Source: Botryllus schlosseri (Eukaryota). Taken from it: DNA of 64,000 bases. The notes under the pieces were generated by a model. That model searched no databases, was not told the DNA's origin, and was given only the letters and a program-made list of their open reading frames with translations. A program made the translations under genes and the position numbers. Of this stretch, positions 13,458 to 25,041 are shown one piece after another (the first letter of the stretch is position 1; each line of letters begins with the position of its first letter). The stretch spans positions 4,342,001 to 4,406,000 of the forward strand of contig CM119371.1 in NCBI GenBank assembly GCA_051294905.1. The letters run 5' to 3'.

Positions 13458-13866
13458 AGGCTTTCTAATTCAATTCTGTAATAAAACTAAAACAAGAGGA
13501 AATAGGCACTGGTTCCTACTCCCTACACTACTAAATCAATTCAGCGTATACCAGCCACGCCTGAAGCGTCATTTGTTATGATTTCTCCAAAGTACTCCTG
13601 AAGTGGCGACGGCTCGAGGTATCACCGTTGCGGCAACATTGACACGCTCATGTTTTAGTGGGTTATGTGACATGTTTTCACAGTATGATACTCAGAATGG
13701 TGTGATATATATTTTAGTACTCATGTCAAGACTAAGAATGTCTCATAAATATGATATAGAAAGCCACATTATATGAATAATATTTCAGTTATCTCATTGG
13801 CTTCGCTGGCACCGTCATATAGATGATTGCCGTCGGTACCGTTGCTATTTCAGTTGCACTGTATCA

Positions 13867-14022
13867 TAGGGATAGTTTTGATTTTTTTTAAACTCTACGA
13901 AATCGGCGATTACCGGTTGGAATTGATTGAAATTTGGTATACATTGTTTTTTCAGGCAACCTGACGATTTAATCGAGTAGCCCGCAAGATTTGACCAAAA
14001 AAGTTATTTTTGAACCACCCTA
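13867..14022 (-). mobile_element. Single hATm-like terminus
   Basis: Minus strand tagggtggttcaaaaataacttttt...gattaaatcgtcaggtt...ccaaattt aligns with the arm of the MITE at 63092-63708. Confidence 0.7.
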
Positions 14023-17000
14023 CTCCACAATCATCTAATGCAAAATCTCTCTCTTGAATATGCATATTGCTCATATATATTGCATATGCGGCAGTACGGA
14101 AAATACTTGACAGATTGAATAAATAACTTGATTTCAATTGTAGTTGACTGGCAAAACTGTGACATAAGAAATTCCCATTCTGTAAATGTCTAATGCATAA
14201 ATTTTTTACAGGATCGTTAACATTTTTTATAAATTATAGTCCATTCAAACTTTCAAGAAAAGATTGTTCGTGTATTGAAACAGCCGCAAAGCAACCCACA
14301 GCCGCGAGGAAATTGAAAAGGATTCAGGGATCTTAATAAAAGTGCAAATCATTATCTTATGGGATTTCGGCACGCCAGGCCGTCCATGAGAAGCAACCAT
14401 GTCATGTTCCACTTTGCTTCAGACATTGAGATATTTCCAAAGATGGTAGTCAAAATGAATAATACTTTGACGAATGGTGCCGGATTGGATTGATACTCAT
14501 TGGATCGATTGATGCAGAGAAAAATAATCTTGCTGAACGACTATGAACTGACTGAACGGCTTGAAACATACTAGTGTTCAAATGTCATGGTACTTGATGC
14601 TTGAATGCCCTCCGATGTTCAACGTCATGTGAGATCGCTGCTCTACCGTCCAACTGCTGTCCTGTTATTGTCATTAAGAGAGGATAAGAAAGCTCGAAAA
14701 AACAACATTTGAGAATATATATTTTTGTTACGTGACAAGAAACATTGATGTTATCAACTACTAGGCACAGTTATTCGATTGTTCATAATAGCACAACACA
14801 GTTTCATAAATTACAACAAAAATAGATGCAGACAGTACATTTATCGAATGGCTTAAACATAGGTATATCTGATATTGTAATTTGCATAAACACGAAAATC
14901 CTCTTTTGCTACATATTCACTTGACTTAAATGGTTTCCGTTGACTAGGATTTTGGTTCTTGTTATTCTGAATTTAGATGACAACAAGTCTGGCATGATAA
15001 CAAAAGTTGTTTATGCAGTTTTCAAGTGTTATAGTAAATGAAATATCCATACCCTGTATAATATTCTCAATAATATTATGGTGTTGGTATCCTCATTGAA
15101 ATTTAGACACGACTAGTATCAGAGCATTTAGGAGTCCATGAAGAGGTGAGGTATTTAAGCTGTTCAAAATCCTGCTTCTGTAATACCCATGTGGTGACAC
15201 ATTGTTATGATGCTCGGATTCGACCAACTTCTTCCATGATCACCTCGACCGTTGAGGGAATAGATGGTGTTGTGTAAGTTCGGAGATTTGTTGAGTGAAG
15301 GGGATTGTTGGATAGTCTCCATTCCGTCCCATTCTTCGAAGTCACCATCTTGCAAGTCAACTATGATTGTAAGAGTTGACAAACTGGACTGGACATGGAC
15401 AACATTACAATTTAATGACCATACAAAGTATATGCTGTGAACAATCATTTATAGATCATTGGCTGTGCACAAGTCTATCAAACCTGACATGGACAGTGGC
15501 AGGAACTTTCTACCTATTGTGGGTCGCTCTTGCGCACACATACACTTATAAGATATACCATCATATCATGTTAAATTGTACTCATGAACAATGTTCCCTC
15601 TAATTTTTCACGAGTCTGCGCAAACACGTTAACTCACTGCGCAGGCCCTTGGACAATAGTGCGCAACCAGCCCCCCACATAAGGTGATAAACCGAATTTA
15701 TCGGGGGCGAAGTCCCCCAGACCCCCTATCGGGCTCTGCGCTTTTTGCCGATATCATCTACATCGGGGGGGGGGGCTTAGTGGCTTTCTCGCCTGAACGC
15801 GCGAAGAGCGAAAATTTTATATGATTCATGATTAAATCGGTCAATATGATCGGGAATTACATAGCATATATCTATTGCTATCCATTTTTATCATCTCTCT
15901 GCTCACATAATCAGATTTACCGGTAAAGCTGATCAAGTGAGGTGTGTTAGAAAAGGTAGGTCCTCTAAATATTAATTGAACATCTTCGCGCGCACTTGTT
16001 GGTATCATGACTTCGTTATATGATGCTATTTCGTGACCTCCTATCGGCTATGTCAAAAGACATTGAAATCGCTCAAACGTACTAAACTAAAACACGAACA
16101 CGATTTAAAATTGGTATTTCTCAACTGGCAAATAATGTTCCCTCGACATGGCATTTGTCTTGTTGTGGGACTCGGATCGCCAGCACATGAACATTCAGCG
16201 CCAGCCCTTTACGCGCCTATGGACAATTAAACTTATATGTATGAATCGAAGTTTTCGGTCAGCATATAGGGCAGTCCTTTTCGGCCAAGCTTTTCTCGCT
16301 GCTGATCGTTTTGGCGCACTTCTCGGAGTCGCATGTCACATAGCCTATAACTTCATATGTCTTGGTGCGCCGTGGCATAAGGTAACGGCCGACGCCCAAG
16401 TGCCCATTTCTCTTAATCACGCCTATTTTTTGTTGTGGGACGGGTACCCAATAATCAAGACATTTGACAAAATTAATTCGCGCGCGGCGCGATAAATATT
16501 TCGAAAAATTCCCAGAAAATACACCATGATTTATGTTAATTCACGAAATAATTTTGGACTCCTTCCGATCTCGGCCCCCTAATTGAGGGTTTGGGTGCGG
16601 CAGATAGGGTCCTGAGGAAATCTTACGCAATGTTCATGACACGCGGAGAAGACTATGCGCTAGTTTCTCGCAGATTAACTTCGAGCTCGCCCATTGTTAT
16701 TTATAACTATGTTAAACCATGTTATTTCGCCATTCCCGGAAAATAATGCGCTATTGAAATGATATCAGTATCGCTCACGCGTACGAGACCATACTAAAAG
16801 AAAAGATTTTTCGCTCGTGATTGCAAAGTCTCATTTCTTCACGGAGTGCAGTATTTACCTTTGCTGGCCGCACTTGTACCTCGATGTAAGACTTCAGCGA
16901 TAACACTATTTGCCCCTGGCGACGTTCCCTCTAATTTTTCACGAGTTTGCGCGCCTGCGTGGTGCCTTGGACAACAGTGCGCAACGACTTTAAAAAAAAC

Positions 17001-18376
17001 ATCACTTCGGATTTTCTGTGCGCAACTTAGATTTTCTGTGCGCAGGGACCACTTCAGCACTGCGCATTTGCGCACGTGCGCAGTAGGGTTGTTCAGATTT
17101 GAAAAATTGTCAGGAAACTTCGACCATTGTGATCCAAATGATGGTGTAGTACACAAAAACACTTTTATGAGCAATTTTGGCCATTTTCATTGTGATCTTC
17201 TATTTCCTCAAAGCCCCCAAAGATCCGAGGCCAATTCTCCTAATTATTGGGGATTCCCCAGACTGTGTTTACCTAGCTCATATTGAAAAGCGGTTCTTAG
17301 CGGTGATGATTATACCTTGAGTGGAGTTTGCAGTTGAAAATGACCGTCTATATGTGAGAAATATCAAGTTAATATACATATTTTTGACAATTGCACTGAA
17401 CTACTACGTCAGGCTGACCTTCTGGAATATGTGTTGTAATCTGTAGGCCTACTACTGCAACTAGTCAGGCTGTATCAATGAAACAAATGCATGCATTTCC
17501 AGGTGGTTTTTACTTCGTGAATGTTGGTGAAAGATCAGTTAAGTAGGAATGTGATGTGCAATGTCAGTGTCTCCGCCTCAATTCCAGTTCATTTGCAAAA
17601 TACTGTGTAATCACTTTCTGCCCGAAGACGGCGAAAACGCAGGACTCTGCTGTTCAAACTGTCTAAGAGGTTGCCATAGTGTGGAAGTGTGGAATATGAC
17701 AAGGATATCTACGGAGTAACATTGTGAAAGCACTACAAGTTCATGATACCAGGCTTGCTCTAAAAACAAGACGAGAGTCAAGTGAGGAAGATGTATGTTT
17801 CTGAAACTCAATGAATTTATTGCGAGAACATTTTGCATAATCAAACTTATGAAGCAGATTATGGCAAAAAAATATTCAGCACGCTATAACATTTTCGTGG
17901 CTTGCGACAATTGTTATTATTGAAAATATGTTTAGAATTCCAAGTAATTTTTCATCTGTATGCTGAGGATAAGACAATATCACAGCCAATGCTTCATAGT
18001 TTGTTCCAAATCTGTCTTCTGTCAACTTTCCATCCAAGTGTATAGCAGCATGATTGGGTAGGTCTTGTTTGAATGATTCAAATATATCATGCGAAACCCA
18101 AGGCCATTAGCCGCTCTATGTCTTTTTATACTTGATCTGGATAGCACAAAGTCGTTAATATCCTATCTGCATGCATGTATGAAAGCACTAAGTAGCATAG
18201 TTGCTTGGTTATCAGTCGATTTTAGACGGTCCAGCACATCAGTAATATGTTTGTGATCTAACAAGTTTCTTGGAGCTTGATGTTGAATAAATGAAGGATA
18301 TTTGATTGCAGCATCATATTTAGAGGGTCGAGTACTGGTTTCCTCCCCAGATGACGAGGACATTAAGGTGACAAAT

Positions 18377-18579
18377 TGTCGTAAACTGACTATTGCGTTG
18401 AATAACTAACTGAAGCTTTATTAAAGCAAAGGTAACCAATGTGGCTTTAAGCAACATAGAACACATCTGACAGTAGAACAGAAGAGAATAGAATGACACG
18501 GTAACGATAAGGCGACACTGTACTGTACAACGTAACTAATCAGAGAAAAGTAATTATTGCCTAATTGCGGATCACCACA
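18377..18579 (-). repeat. 3' LTR of gypsy element 1 (~203 bp)
   Basis: Begins TGTGG immediately after the polypurine tract (minus-strand aaggggggtagaa, 18580-18592) and ends CGACA. AATAAA lies at 18417-18422. Confidence 0.75.
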
Positions 18580-18631
18580 TTCTACCCCCCTTGCATTTTG
18601 TAAATTCACATATAAAAATGACACAAAAATA

Positions 18632-21058
18632 TCAATGACTAACCAAATTACCATACCGATCCGGCTGGCGCCTAACTCTAGTTGAACGCCGAAGCTCGAC
18701 GTCTAGATTTCTACTCGAATCATCTGGTACATCCTCTGAATGGTTAGATTCTTGAGGCTCTTCATCAGATGACTTCAACTCAACGTTAGAAACTTCGCGA
18801 CTTGGCTCGTGGCCATCGATATCAACAGAACAAGGTTCAGCTTGTTTCGTTTCAGGATTAGTCGACGGTGTTTCTTCTCCAGTAGGAAAACGGGCCAAAT
18901 CGTTGAGTGAGACGTTGGACTCGCGGCCGTTAGGAGAACGAACACGTGCGTAAGTCGGGTTGGCTTCAATAAGTTCGACCTCAGAACATAGTTCGTCGCC
19001 CTTGTTTCTGACGAATTTGCGTAAGAAAACTGGTCCCGGTGTCAATAGCCAGGATGGCACGCTATTCCCCACCATACTTTTTCTTGGAAAGGAAAAAAAT
19101 CGGTCATGCGGTGTTGAATTAGTTGACGTGCAAAGTAGCGATCGAACTGAATGTAGCGCATGAGGAAGGGCGTCAGCCCAACATGATTCTGAGACTCCGG
19201 TTGATTTCAAAATGAGTTTGATAGTTCGCCATAATGTTTGATTAAGGCGTTCGCACTGCGAATTTCCTGTTGGGTGGTAAGGCGTAGTGAAGCTTGTTGC
19301 AACCCCGCGAGAATGTAAATAATCCTTGACTTCCTTGGACACGAAAGCGGTGCCTCGGTCACTGTGAACGTATCCCGGAAGTCCAAAAACAGCGAATAGT
19401 GTCGACAAACACGAAACGACGGTTAGCGCGGAAGTGTTGCGACATGGAAAGGCGAACGGAAAACGACTATATTCGTCTATGACAACGAACATGAAAGGGG
19501 ATTTGTTAGATTTCAAAGGCCCTTTGAAGTCTACGTTGATTCTTTCCCAAGGTCTCGTTGCTTTCACAAGCACTTGCGGATTGCATTTGTAAAAATTTGG
19601 TTTGATTTGAGCACAAATGCGGCAACGAGCGCAGGTCTCACGGACGTCATTTAGGGAGAACGAGAGATTTTTAGAACGAACGAAATGATGGAGCCTTGTG
19701 ACTCCTGGATGACCCAGAGTGTCGTGTATGCGATTTAGATTAGAACCCAACTCACAGGGTGAAATCGATGCGCAATACGAAGATGTGGTCCGCGAAAACA
19801 TATCAGCCGCAACATTCAGTGCCCCCGGTTTGTGTACGATATCATACGAAAATTGACCGAGTTCGACACGCCACAGCTGGATTTTGGTATTTTTGATTTT
19901 ACCTTTAGATTTGCCGTCAAACATGAACGCGACAGATCTCTGGTCAGTAACAAGAGTGAAATGTCTGCCATGTAAAAAATGAGCCCATTTACGAACTGCC
20001 GCGATAATTGAGGACGCTTCTTTCTCAACAGAGGAGTAGCGTATTTCACTTGGCGATAGTGCTTTTGACATGAACGCGACCGGTCGACCGTTTTGACTAA
20101 GGATAGCTGCAATGGCTGCATTAGAAGCATCACACTCTATTGTGAACGGACTTGTCTCGTCGATCCTACCAAGAGAAGCGTCAACTAACTCGCGTTTTAA
20201 ATCGTTAAATGCGATAGATGCATTTTCGGAAAGCGGAAATTTTTCGACTGAATACAAAGGACGGATTTTGTCGGAAAAGTTGGGCAACCATTTGGCATAG
20301 TAGGCAAACATGCCACACACTCGTTTTAGTTCTGGGTTGTTGCGTGGCGGCAATAAATCGATTAACGGCTTTAGTCTTTCTGGGTCCGGTTTGATCACGC
20401 CATGCGACACGCGATAACCGAGCAAGTCTATTTCCGTAGAACGGATGATCGACTTCGAATGATTGAAAGTGAGGCTGAATCGCTGAGCAGCATTGAGAAA
20501 CGCGTCGAGATTCCGATCGTGATCGTCCTTATCCATACCGCAAACAGTAATATTATCCAGATAAGCGAAGGTGCCGGTGAGCTTGTTGTCTTTTATGACG
20601 TTGTCTATTATTCTTTGAAATGCCGAAACTCCGTTGGTGACTCCAAATGGCAATCGACGGTATTGGTAAAGATTTCCAGCGGCTTCGAATGCCGTATACG
20701 GACGGTCATCAGGTGATAGTGCCACTTGATAATACGCGGACTTCAGATCTAACGTACTGAAAACTTTGAAACGGGCGATGTTGTTGACTTGGTCATCGAT
20801 CCTTGGTAAAGGATAGGCGTCTAGTAAGGTATACCTGTTGACCGTCTGAGAGAAGTCGATGACCATGCGCTTCTTGTGTCGACCGTCATTTACAACAAGA
20901 ACCTGTGCTCGCCAAGGCGATGAGGACGGCTCGATGATTCCTTCCTTCTCGAGTTTCGCAACTTCCGCTTTAATGAAATGTAGATCGGCTTCGCTGTATC
21001 TTCTGGATTCATCACTAAAACTCAAATTCATCACTAAAACCTGTGCTCGCAGAGTCAC
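18632..21058 (-). CDS. Ty3/gypsy pol (RT-RNase H-integrase), N-terminally truncated
   Basis: Motifs SSPW, YPLPRI, LDLKSAYYQ, LPFG, YLDN; RNase H CDAS and EKE; HHCC zinc finger (H-HPG...C..C); integrase D,D(35)E (VDFKG, SDRG, QCERLN). No internal stops. Confidence 0.96.
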   Translation of the reverse strand: MTLRAQVLVMNLSFSDESRRYSEADLHFIKAEVAKLEKEGIIEPSSSPWRAQVLVVNDGRHKKRMVIDFSQTVNRYTLLDAYPLPRIDDQVNNIARFKVFSTLDLKSAYYQVALSPDDRPYTAFEAAGNLYQYRRLPFGVTNGVSAFQRIIDNVIKDNKLTGTFAYLDNITVCGMDKDDHDRNLDAFLNAAQRFSLTFNHSKSIIRSTEIDLLGYRVSHGVIKPDPERLKPLIDLLPPRNNPELKRVCGMFAYYAKWLPNFSDKIRPLYSVEKFPLSENASIAFNDLKRELVDASLGRIDETSPFTIECDASNAAIAAILSQNGRPVAFMSKALSPSEIRYSSVEKEASSIIAAVRKWAHFLHGRHFTLVTDQRSVAFMFDGKSKGKIKNTKIQLWRVELGQFSYDIVHKPGALNVAADMFSRTTSSYCASISPCELGSNLNRIHDTLGHPGVTRLHHFVRSKNLSFSLNDVRETCARCRICAQIKPNFYKCNPQVLVKATRPWERINVDFKGPLKSNKSPFMFVVIDEYSRFPFAFPCRNTSALTVVSCLSTLFAVFGLPGYVHSDRGTAFVSKEVKDYLHSRGVATSFTTPYHPTGNSQCERLNQTLWRTIKLILKSTGVSESCWADALPHALHSVRSLLCTSTNSTPHDRFFSFPRKSMVGNSVPSWLLTPGPVFLRKFVRNKGDELCSEVELIEANPTYARVRSPNGRESNVSLNDLARFPTGEETPSTNPETKQAEPCSVDIDGHEPSREVSNVELKSSDEEPQESNHSEDVPDDSSRNLDVELRRSTRVRRQPDRYGNLVSH

Positions 21059-23915
21059 AGATGCTGAAATAGGTTTGTCACTGATCTCAGTTGGAATCTG
21101 TGCCTGGCTTCTTTCAAAGATCTCATATTTTCCTGCGAGTTGTGAGCTGCGAGAATGCTGTTGGTCCTCATAAAATGAGACGTCTTCATTCTTCTAAGTG
21201 AATTGCGTCGCAATGTCCCACAACTTATCGAGTTTATCACAAAATGCTTGGCGCTTTTCCCCAACATCACCTGACCGATCCATGTTCTTTTTGGGATCAT
21301 ATCAAGTGTGATGAACTTTTCGCAGCATCGAAACAATGTCCTGCATTTCTCCCATAGGTATTCTTGCCACATTCCATACTTTGGCAACCTCTTTAACAGT
21401 TTGAAGAAAAAATTCCTGTGTTGTGGTATTCTTGGGGCAGTTTTCTTTCAGACATAGCAAATACTGTAGAAGCTGACGTAGAGTCAGAAACTTGGAGTGA
21501 CTAATACACTCAGATAAATATCTGATCAAATACAGACCCGACTTCGATCATGTTTTGGTGGATCCGGCACAACCTTTCCCCGCTTTTGTTCAGACATTCT
21601 TCTTCAACTAAGTTGCACTATACCATCAAATGAGATAACTTTTTTATTTTACAGATGAACTAAAATTGAGACAAATATTACTGACATTACATATTACACA
21701 GCTTTCAATAACATTTACTGGCAAAAAAACTAGCTGCAAATAACTGCCTTAGTTCTCGACTTGTAACCCAACGGCGCACACTCGATGTACGGTCCATAAC
21801 AAACAAGTGTCACCCGTGCAACTAATACATGCCTCCCATGAACACGATAGACAGGTTTTGACAAGGATAACGGAGATACATCTGACATTTACTAGCCAGC
21901 AATCAAGTACAGTTTTGTAAACAGATATATTACCTGGCAATTTCCCATCTCTACACGACCGTTTTCAACGGCTAAATTCACAAATCCTACGAACTGGCTA
22001 CACGGACAACACTACAGAGCAGTACTTCAGGATAAGATCAAGGTAAACACTCTGGCATATCAGCTGTAGTAAGGAGAAATGGCCCCCGGATCTTCGGGGG
22101 CTTTGAGGAAATAGAAGATCACGATGAAGTTAACCAAAATTGCTCAAAAAAGTGTTTTTGTGTACTAAACCATCATTTGGATGACAATGGTCGAAGTTTC
22201 CGGACAATTTTTTAAATCTGAACAACCCTAGCTGCGCAGCTTAGAGGGAACATTGCTCATGAAGTACCGTAGTTTGAAAAAGTAGGTTAAGACCAGGTTT
22301 TGCAGACGTTTCTTAGTCAATTGGATATTGAAATCTACTCGTTTAAGCAGAAAATGAACGGTCTGAAAAGTACTCGAGTAGTATGAAGAAATGAGTTAAA
22401 CTTTACTTTGTATACATCTGTTAGTCAATTGTATACTGTATCTACAAGCTGCTGACGATTACTCCTGATATGTATCAAATAAAAATATTTCTAATTTTAT
22501 TCAATTGTATATATGAGCATTCGGATCACAAGATGAATCTCCGTAACAAAGGAATAATGACTATTATTACTTCAAAAACGTGATGCTTTTTGCGATATCC
22601 TCAAGTAGGTTTTGCCTACTTTCACAACTTCAGAAGGCCTGACTTCAGAGTCAGTTTTAGAACCTGCCTGAATTGACTTGAAAAATTTAGAAATGACTTC
22701 GGGACTTGATTAAAAATTTGCAATGACTTGAAGATAGTGACCTGATCCCAACTCTAGCTCGTACTATGAAGTATTCACCTTTATTTGATACTGCGAGACC
22801 ACCTCCGATCACAATGTTCATCACGTAGGCACACTGGTACATCAGTTTCGTCTGAATATTAAGCCATGCTACTGGTATTGGCCAAAACCTGTACAGTATG
22901 CACACATTTCACGTGCAAAAGAGGTCTCGATAAAAAACTTTTCACTACGTTAACGCCAGTTCCTGAAGAAAGATTGCTGGCGAACCGTTTGTTTACGTCG
23001 ATTTCATACCTGTAGTGAAGCATGACTCGCGACGCGCTCAAACGCAGAGCTCACTGGAGTTTCCAATCATTGTATATATATCATTGGTCTAATGGTACAT
23101 TTCAAATGTCATGTCCTATAACACGCTGGGCTTCAGAACTATAATATTACAGAGATTTGGTGACTCGGAACGAGGAAGATCCACGGGCTTCCATTACAAG
23201 GGATCTCGTTGCTGACAATGTTAGACTAAGTCGATATTGACAAAGTTATGTTGTTACAAACTACATTTCTGCGTTTAGCAAATACATGACCACTATCAAG
23301 AATATGAAACTGTGATGCCTGATTGCCTGAAATGCCTGCCATCAAACAATCTGTTGGGGTTGCTAGCATCCCGGTGCGATTTTGTGATATGACAATAAGG
23401 GGGGCGCGAAAATTTTCACTGTCATAAAGGGGGGCGTGTCTAAAAAAGGTTGAGAACCACTGTACTAGATGATTGATGCAAATCATAGGTAAGGTGGCCT
23501 ACATAAAATAATTAAAAGTCAAGAAGTTTCAGCCAAACAGCGTAGGATTTGGCCTAAGGCCAGCTCTTCAAAAATGAAAATGCGTCAAAAAAGCCACTTG
23601 TTCGTTCTAGTGTTAAACACCAGCTCCGATAGCACTAGCCGACAGAGGTGTGTGTTTGAGAACCTTTTGGACACCAGTGGTCCTTCAACGTTTACGACCA
23701 CTACCCAAATCTGAGTGGTATTACCATCACGCGACTTAAGCCTCACTTATCAGAATCAATGCATGTCTGATGCTAGAATACTTCACTTTTCATAGGCATG
23801 TCCAAAATAGTGAAGATGCAGACAAGCAGCTGTACGCAACGGAGTTCTATGAAACATGATTAATTACAATACTAATAATAATCGTTGATGTCGAATGATA
23901 TTCATCGTTCAGGTC

Positions 23916-24479
23916 AGCAAATCTCACGGCTCAGTGAAATTGGTCTACGTCACACTTTCCCTTTGGTCAAAGGCAATTTGACGGTAATTTTTGACCGGCT
24001 TGTCGAGCATTAAAATTGATTAAACGGGTTTCAATCGAAAGCTACCGCGGTACTGATTGCGAAAATATAAATTCGAATCTGCTCGTGGCCCTCGAACCCC
24101 CCAAAATCTGCTTCGAATGTTGCATTGTAACGGAGTTTTGTATTGTGACGCAACCATGCCGTCTGGGAGCAGGTGAGGAGCAAAGTAAACCGCAAGCGTA
24201 TTGGCCATTATTGCGCAACCAATTGTGCATTCACTTCACTCTCTCACTCTCGTGCGCGCTTGTTCCTGAGCTGCTCAGACGGCATGGCTGCGTGGGGGTT
24301 CCAGAATCTCGAGCAGAATAGAATTTATATTTTCACAACCAGCACCGCGGTAGCTTTCGATTGATAACCGTTTCATCAAATTTAATGCTCGACAAGTCGG
24401 TCAAAAACTACCGTCAAATTGCCTTTGACCAAATGGAAAGTGTGACGTAGACCAATTTCATTGAGCCGTGAGATTTGCT
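23916..24479. mobile_element. Non-autonomous element with ~170-bp TIRs, superfamily unassigned
   Basis: agcaaatctcacggctca... at 23916 mirrors ...tgagccgtgagatttgct at 24479 over about 170 bp. Confidence 0.8.
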
Positions 24480-24892
24480 TGTGTCCACACCATATAGGAC
24501 ACTATTATTAGAGAGAAGCAGACATGGCGGCGCTTGTATGACAATACTCTTCTCAAATCCACATTATATCCTCGTCATTATCGGCGAGAAATGGCTTTGA
24601 AGTGACATTGCTGTCGTTAAAAAAACATTCATTAAATACGATTTATTCCTTGTATATGTGGAATTGTGGATAAATGGGCGAATAATGTATCGATTCAGCA
24701 ATCCGGCCCGCCAAGTACTAAACTTTCCTATATCCGGCCCGCCGACTGGAGAAGTTGCCCGCCCCTGCTGTATAACATGTGGCTATCCCAGCAAACACAA
24801 AACTTATTAAAGATATTTTTTAAAGATCTTCCATGAGTTCAAAAGATGTCCTTCAATGAAGTGCAAAATATATACATTTGTCGACAGAAATG

Positions 24893-25041
24893 GATATATA
24901 TAAGATGTCCTGTAGGACATCCTCAAAGATATCCTGATAGACATCCTCAAAGATATCCTGATAAACATCCTCAAAGATATCCTGATGGAGATCCTCAAAG
25001 ATATCCTGATAAACATCCTCAACGATATCCTATAAGATATT
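24893..25041. repeat. 24-bp tandem repeat (~5-6 copies), left subterminal array
   Basis: Unit acatcctcaaagatatcctgatag. Confidence 0.9.

Larger units (their letters stand above)
17084..22230 (-). mobile_element. hATm-like DNA transposon with decayed transposase and ~160-bp TIRs
   Basis: TIRs tagggttgttcagattt... at 17084-~17240 and 22071-22230. Imperfect ~9-bp TSD cgtgcgcag/gctgcgcag. Minus-strand transposase relics VWNVARIP...LDKLWDIA...FYEDQ (21100-21540) and LDRLKSTDNQA...LSRSSIKR...IHLDGKL...EKLLGI (17930-18363). Confidence 0.85.
16920..22255. mobile_element. ~190-bp MITE (CAATGTTCCCTCTAA TIR family) split by the hATm insertion
   Basis: Left part 16920-17083 and right part 22231-22255 (cagcttagagggaacattg). 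Related copies lie near 15589, 26330-26485 and 29997-30190. Confidence 0.8.

Noticed and set aside
16839..17286. 146-aa and 111-aa ORFs
   Set aside because: They span a MITE/TIR junction and are chance open frames.
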